DNA of 64,000 bases from an uncultured delta proteobacterium. GTDB lineage: Bacteria > Desulfobacterota > RBG-13-43-22. The notes under the pieces are model-generated. The model was not told the origin of the DNA, searched no databases, and saw only the letters and a list, made by a program, of their open reading frames with translations. Below are positions 59,500-64,000 of this stretch, piece after piece. How positions within the stretch are numbered: position 1 is the first letter of the stretch; each line of letters opens with the position of its first letter. Made by a program: the position numbers and the translations under genes. The stretch is from NCBI GenBank assembly GCA_963790475.1, contig CAWBOS010000012.1, positions 704,001-768,000 of the forward strand. Direction: 5' to 3'.

Positions 59500-60919
59500 T
59501 TAACGTTCAACGTGATCGATCAGAGTACCATCCTCCTCCCTTAGCTCGATAATCATCGGCATGGCCCCAATGGCATGGGTGGAGCAGGAAAAACAGGGAT
59601 CATAGGCCCGGATGGCCGCTTCCACCCGGTTCAACATGCCCTCGGTCAATTTCTTCCCATCCACAAAGGACTTGGCCACCATTTCCACGGATTTATTGAT
59701 GGCCCAATTGTTATGCCCGGTAGCGACAATCAGATTGACCTTGGTCAACATCCCGTTTTTGTCGGTTTTATAATGATGGAACAGGGTCCCCCGAGGGGCC
59801 TCTAAACATCCCACCCCTTCACCGGTCAGACTATTCGATTCCGTCACCAGATTCGTGGAAAGGACCTCCGGGTCCATGAGGATTTCTTTGGCTCGTTCTA
59901 TGGCATAAAGGTCTTCAATCAGGCGGGCGTAGTGATACCATAAGGTGCCCTCTACCGGTTTACCTCCCCCCAGGGCCTTAAAATTTCCGAATTCCTCATT
60001 GGCCAGAGGGGTATTGATTTTTTCAGCCACATTCAGCCGGCCCAAAGGTCCGACCCGGTAGGTGCCCTCAGGATAGCCCATCTTGCGGTAATAAGGGAAT
60101 TTCAGATAGGACCAATCTTCCACATGCTCGGCAATAACCTCCAGATAATTTTGGGGATCGAATTCCTCCAGCGTTTTCCCGGTCTTGTCCGTTAAACGAA
60201 TCCGGCCGTCGTACAACTGCAATCCCCCCTGTTCGTCTACCATCCCCATGTAGCCTGACGAAAAAACCGCATATTTATCCACCAAATCCCGGTTGGCCTC
60301 AAACCAACCTTTAGCCACGGTTAAGGCGAGTCTTAATCGTCTCCATCACCTCATCAATCCGGCTCAAAAGATCGTCACAATCTTCGGCGGAAAGAGGGGC
60401 ATTAACCCCCCCGGGAATGGAATGAATGGGATGAACCCGTTTCCCGCCCAGTTTTCGGATAATTTCCTGACCGAAAGCCCTGGACTGGACCGCCTTCAAG
60501 GCCAATTCCGGATTGGCCTGGATGACCCCCACCACATTTCGAATGGCCGGGTCGGCATCGAACCCCAGCAGCATATCCGGACCGGCCAACTCAAAGAAAT
60601 GCATGGAGTGGGATTGAATAAACTGCCCCATATGCATCAATTCCCGAAGGAGCTGGGCCGTTCGGGGAGGGGTCACCCCGACGATCCGGTCACAGGCCTT
60701 GGCCGAGGCCAGATGATGGCTGACCGGACAAATTCCACATATCCGTGGCGTTATTTGAAGCATTTCAAAAAAGGGACGCCCTTCGGTGAATTTCTCAAAC
60801 CCCCGAAATTCATTGACATGCATAAAGGCGTTTTCCACTTTCCCTTTGGCGCCCATATTAATGGTTACTTTGGCGTGACCCTCTATCCTGGTTACGGGTT
60901 CTATCGTGATTTTCTGCAT
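59500..60919 (-). pseudogene. hoxH: Group 3d-type [NiFe] hydrogenase large subunit with one +1 frameshift
   Basis: EPVTRIEGH, RGFE, PRICGIC; EAPRG, DPCFSCSTH. Removing one base near 60331 gives a 472-aa ORF. Confidence 0.8.
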
Positions 60920-61029
60920 TTTAAATTCTCCTCATCTTGGACCCATGTACTTGCCTTAGATTATACTTAAAATTAAACACGATTCTCAGGTATTGTCAAA
61001 TATCCTCTATCGATAGACCTCTCCCCCGA

Positions 61030-61569
61030 TTAGTCGTACTTCAATACCTGGTCTTTCAAGACCGGGATACGACCTTCCAATAACTCACTGATCACAAAAT
61101 GGATGGCGTCCGCCGACGGAGGACAGCCGGGCAAATACACATCCACTTTGACCACCTGATCCAAGGGGCGGGCAAAGATCGGTTTGGCCAGTTCCTCCGA
61201 CCGGGGGATAAGACCATCCACCGTGCTCTCGGTCTCCACATAGGCCCTTCGCAGGGCATCTTCCATGTTGACTTGGTTCCTCATTAAAGGGACACCCCCC
61301 AGAACCGAGCAATCACCCAACGAGACCAGGATCTGACAGCGTTCCCGCATGACCCTGGCCACCTCCAGATGGGCCGTGTTGTTGACCGTGCCGGTCAGAA
61401 TTCCGACCGTTACGCCATCTCTCGGCGGGTGTTTCAAGTCGGTAATCGGGCTTGAAGTAATTTCAATTTTATCCAAAAGCTGGACCAGCCTCTCGTCCAT
61501 ATCCAATAAGGACATATGACATCCGGCACAAGCGGCCAGCCAATCTGTTGCAATTTTTATCTTCGCCAT
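61030..61569 (-). CDS. hoxY: NAD(P)-reducing hydrogenase small subunit
   Basis: WLAACAGCHMSLLD, GDC, LPGCPP. Start placed at ATG 61569. Confidence 0.88.
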   Translation of the reverse strand: MAKIKIATDWLAACAGCHMSLLDMDERLVQLLDKIEITSSPITDLKHPPRDGVTVGILTGTVNNTAHLEVARVMRERCQILVSLGDCSVLGGVPLMRNQVNMEDALRRAYVETESTVDGLIPRSEELAKPIFARPLDQVVKVDVYLPGCPPSADAIHFVISELLEGRIPVLKDQVLKYD

Positions 61570-61589
61570 AGATCTTTCTCCTCCCATTC

Positions 61590-63310
61590 CTACATTCGGG
61601 CGGCCAGTTGGGTTAATACTTCATTTTCAGGAATCAAACCCTCCGGCAGCGGCACGGCTTGTCCTGACGGCCACTTTTTTGCCTTCCAGGTTATAAAGCG
61701 AACCTTCATGTTCATACCAAAGCAAGGCCGGAAATACGACATCGGCAACCTCGGTGATCGGGCTGTGATAGCTGGCATGGACCGCCAAAAATTTTGCCTC
61801 CCGGGCCTGTTTGATTTTCTCTTCCGATAACGTGGTGTCTTCCAGGAGAAGATAGACCGCTTCCATCTGGCTGGGGGCAAAGTTCGCCCGAAGACCTAAG
61901 GCCTTGGCATGGAATCCGTTGCTTTCCGGAAACAAGGGAATAAAATGGGCCTTTCTTTGCAAGGCGGCCAATTTTTCGGCTTGCTCGGGCGGTGTTTCCT
62001 CACCATACAGTACAACCGGCGAGGCACTGTCCTGGCAAAATTTGACGGCCTTGCCCATTTCATTGAGGGCAAAAGTCTTATGGGCAAACCGCCTCATCTC
62101 GTTGTTGTTGTCGGAAACCAGGACCAATCGAGCGCCTTTCATACAGGCCCGTTTGATATGATAGCCGATGACCGGATGATCGGACGAGCGGATCAGCCCC
62201 GGTGACCAAAATGGTATCGGCGGAAAGCAAATCATTCAAAGAGCCTCCCAGGGGCAGTTTAAATCTGGCCAGGGTCAGTTCCAGGACACCCACATTGGCA
62301 CCGATCTTTCCCAGGAATACGGCTACAAATTCACTCAGGGTCAGGTTAAGGGTCCGGCAAGTCGTCCAGGCCCCGACCTTTTTACTTGGACTTTTTTTGA
62401 AGGCCTGAGCAACGGTATCCAAGGCCTCCTCCCAGGAGACCGGCACCATCCGACCATCTTTTCGAAGAAGCGGGGTTTCTATACGTCTTCGCTCTTCCTT
62501 GAATGGTTGAAATCGGCCCTTGGTGCAAAGGACGCCGTTATTATGCTCTTCCCATTCCCCTTCCACCCGCAACACCCTTCCGGCCCGGGTGATAATTTCC
62601 GAACCGCAGCCCACGCTGCAGAACATGCAGACAGTTTTGGTTCTCTCCACCTGGGTTTCACGTCCGGCATAAGCGCTCTTGCGGTCGATCAAGGCCCCGG
62701 TGGGACAAATTTGCAGACAGGTACCGCAACTGATACAGGTGGACTCCCCGAAGGGAACCCCACCATCGGCACAAATCACGGTCTTGGCCCCCCGAAATTT
62801 AACCCCCAGGGTGTTATTGGCTGCCAATTCACTGCAGGCCCTTATGCAGCGACGGCAGAGTATGCAGCGGTTATGATCCATAATAAAATGTTCCCGGGTG
62901 CCGTCCACCGGTTTGGCTTGACCTGGATTCGGATAAACCCAATGATCCAGACCGTATCGATAGGCCAGGGCCTGCAGTTCGCAGTCCCCGCTCCTTTCAC
63001 AAAAGGGGCAATAGTGGTTTCCTTCCGAGAAAAGCATTTCCAGAATGAATTTACGTTCCTCAACCACCTTGGGGGATTCAGTCTCCACCCTCATGCCTTC
63101 AGTGACCGGGAAGGTGCAGGCCGGTTGAAGACCCCTTTGCCTCTCGATTTCAACCACACAAATGCGGCAGGCCCCGAGGGGGGTAACAGCCGGATGATGG
63201 CACAGGCTGGGTATATCAATCCCAGCCCCCTTAGCCGCCTCCATGACGGTCTGTCCGGCCCTGGCCCGAATGTGATGTCCGTTGATTCTTATATTCACAA
63301 CCTTATCCAT
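61590..63310 (-). pseudogene. HoxU/NuoG-like FeS subunit with a molybdopterin-oxidoreductase-like C-terminal region; two +1 frameshifts
   Basis: 2Fe-2S (CRICVV), HYCPFC..C, two CxxCxxC, CMFCSVGC. Removing bases near 62182 and 61662 gives a 572-aa ORF. Confidence 0.78.
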
Positions 63311-63359
63311 TAGACAAACCTCCTTCTTAGAGATCCGAAAAACCTATCAGATCTGTTCC

Positions 63360-64000
63360 TCATGCGGATTGCACTTTCATCTCCTGAGTCGGAGTCTGGA
63401 GACCCATCGACTTTAACCATTCCAAATCACATCGCAGACAACGTTTGCACTCCTCACGAGCTGAATGTTCATCGAAACCGGCTTCCACCTCATCAAAACA
63501 ATGAATACTCTTTTCCTCGGGAAGGCGTCTGACCGCCGGCCGTTTGGCCTCGGCATACTCCTCCATGGAATAAAGTTGTGGAATTTCTCGCTCGGTGGGC
63601 ACAAACCGGACTCTTTCCAAGGGTTGCCCTTTGAGATAGGCATCTACGGTTATGGCCACCTTGTTTCCTTGATCGACGGCTTCGATGACCGTAGCCGGTC
63701 CTAAGGTCACATCACCGGCGGCAAAAACGCCTTCTCGCGTAGTCATCAAATTTGCACTTACGGCTATGGTGGTATCCGGTTTCACTTCGATTTTAGTATC
63801 TTTCTGGAGACCTTCCAGATCCGAAGCCTGTCCGATGGCGGCGATGAAAAGGTCGGCATCCAGGATGAATTCAGGAACTTCAAATTCCGTGGCTTCAATC
63901 GGTATGGGACGCCGGCGGCCTCCGGCATCAAACTCGCCGAGCCGCTGCAAATGGCATTCTACGCCGGTCACCTGATCCGGACCCAGAATTCCCACCGGGT
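63360..64000 (-). CDS. C-terminus of a GltD/NfnB-like FAD oxidoreductase (likely fused to NuoF/HoxF); 5' end outside window
   Basis: GRRRP, AIGQ, GVFAAGDV..GPATVIEAV..G, ECKRCLRCD. Confidence 0.8.
   Translation of the reverse strand, partial: PVGILGPDQVTGVECHLQRLGEFDAGGRRRPIPIEATEFEVPEFILDADLFIAAIGQASDLEGLQKDTKIEVKPDTTIAVSANLMTTREGVFAAGDVTLGPATVIEAVDQGNKVAITVDAYLKGQPLERVRFVPTEREIPQLYSMEEYAEAKRPAVRRLPEEKSIHCFDEVEAGFDEHSAREECKRCLRCDLEWLKSMGLQTPTQEMKVQSA

Noticed and set aside
1-64000. CRISPR array, tRNA, rRNA, integrase or prophage
   Set aside because: No regularly spaced repeats, cloverleaf or rRNA-like sequence, or phage genes were recognised by eye.

Overview
The window is bacterial, and gene content points to an anaerobic Desulfobacterota/deltaproteobacterium (inference). 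In order it holds: the end of a cell-surface glycan locus (asnB-type amidotransferase, flippase-like protein, GT2); malic enzyme; a metal-homeostasis block (tatA, CDF, CzcCBA-type RND pump with a sigma54 two-component system, PagL-like barrel); an M-box riboswitch-controlled Mg2+ uptake operon (broken porin, NRAMP-related transporter, a 59-aa membrane protein, a soluble MgtE-N/CBS protein); EmrAB-TolC; ctpA-yibQ; a CoA-disulfide reductase/NADH oxidase with UGA at its catalytic Cys; a B12 radical SAM enzyme; an acoX-type 2-oxoacid/acetoin dehydrogenase operon; miscellaneous genes; and a hydrogenase region of about 14 kb. The top finding is a periplasmic group-1b-like [NiFe] hydrogenase whose large subunit has an in-frame UGA plus a SECIS-like hairpin at the second Cys of the N-terminal CxxC (RACGVU). 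That is a Ni-Fe bridging ligand position, not the C-terminal terminal-ligand position used by classical [NiFeSe] enzymes. Also present are a Hox/Bfu-like cytoplasmic hydrogenase with single-base frameshifts, several deletion-mosaic pseudogenes, an IS110 remnant inside a REP-like element, a MITE-like element and a promoter module present in three copies. No rRNA, tRNA or CRISPR array was seen. All assignments come from motif recognition by eye; no database searches were run.
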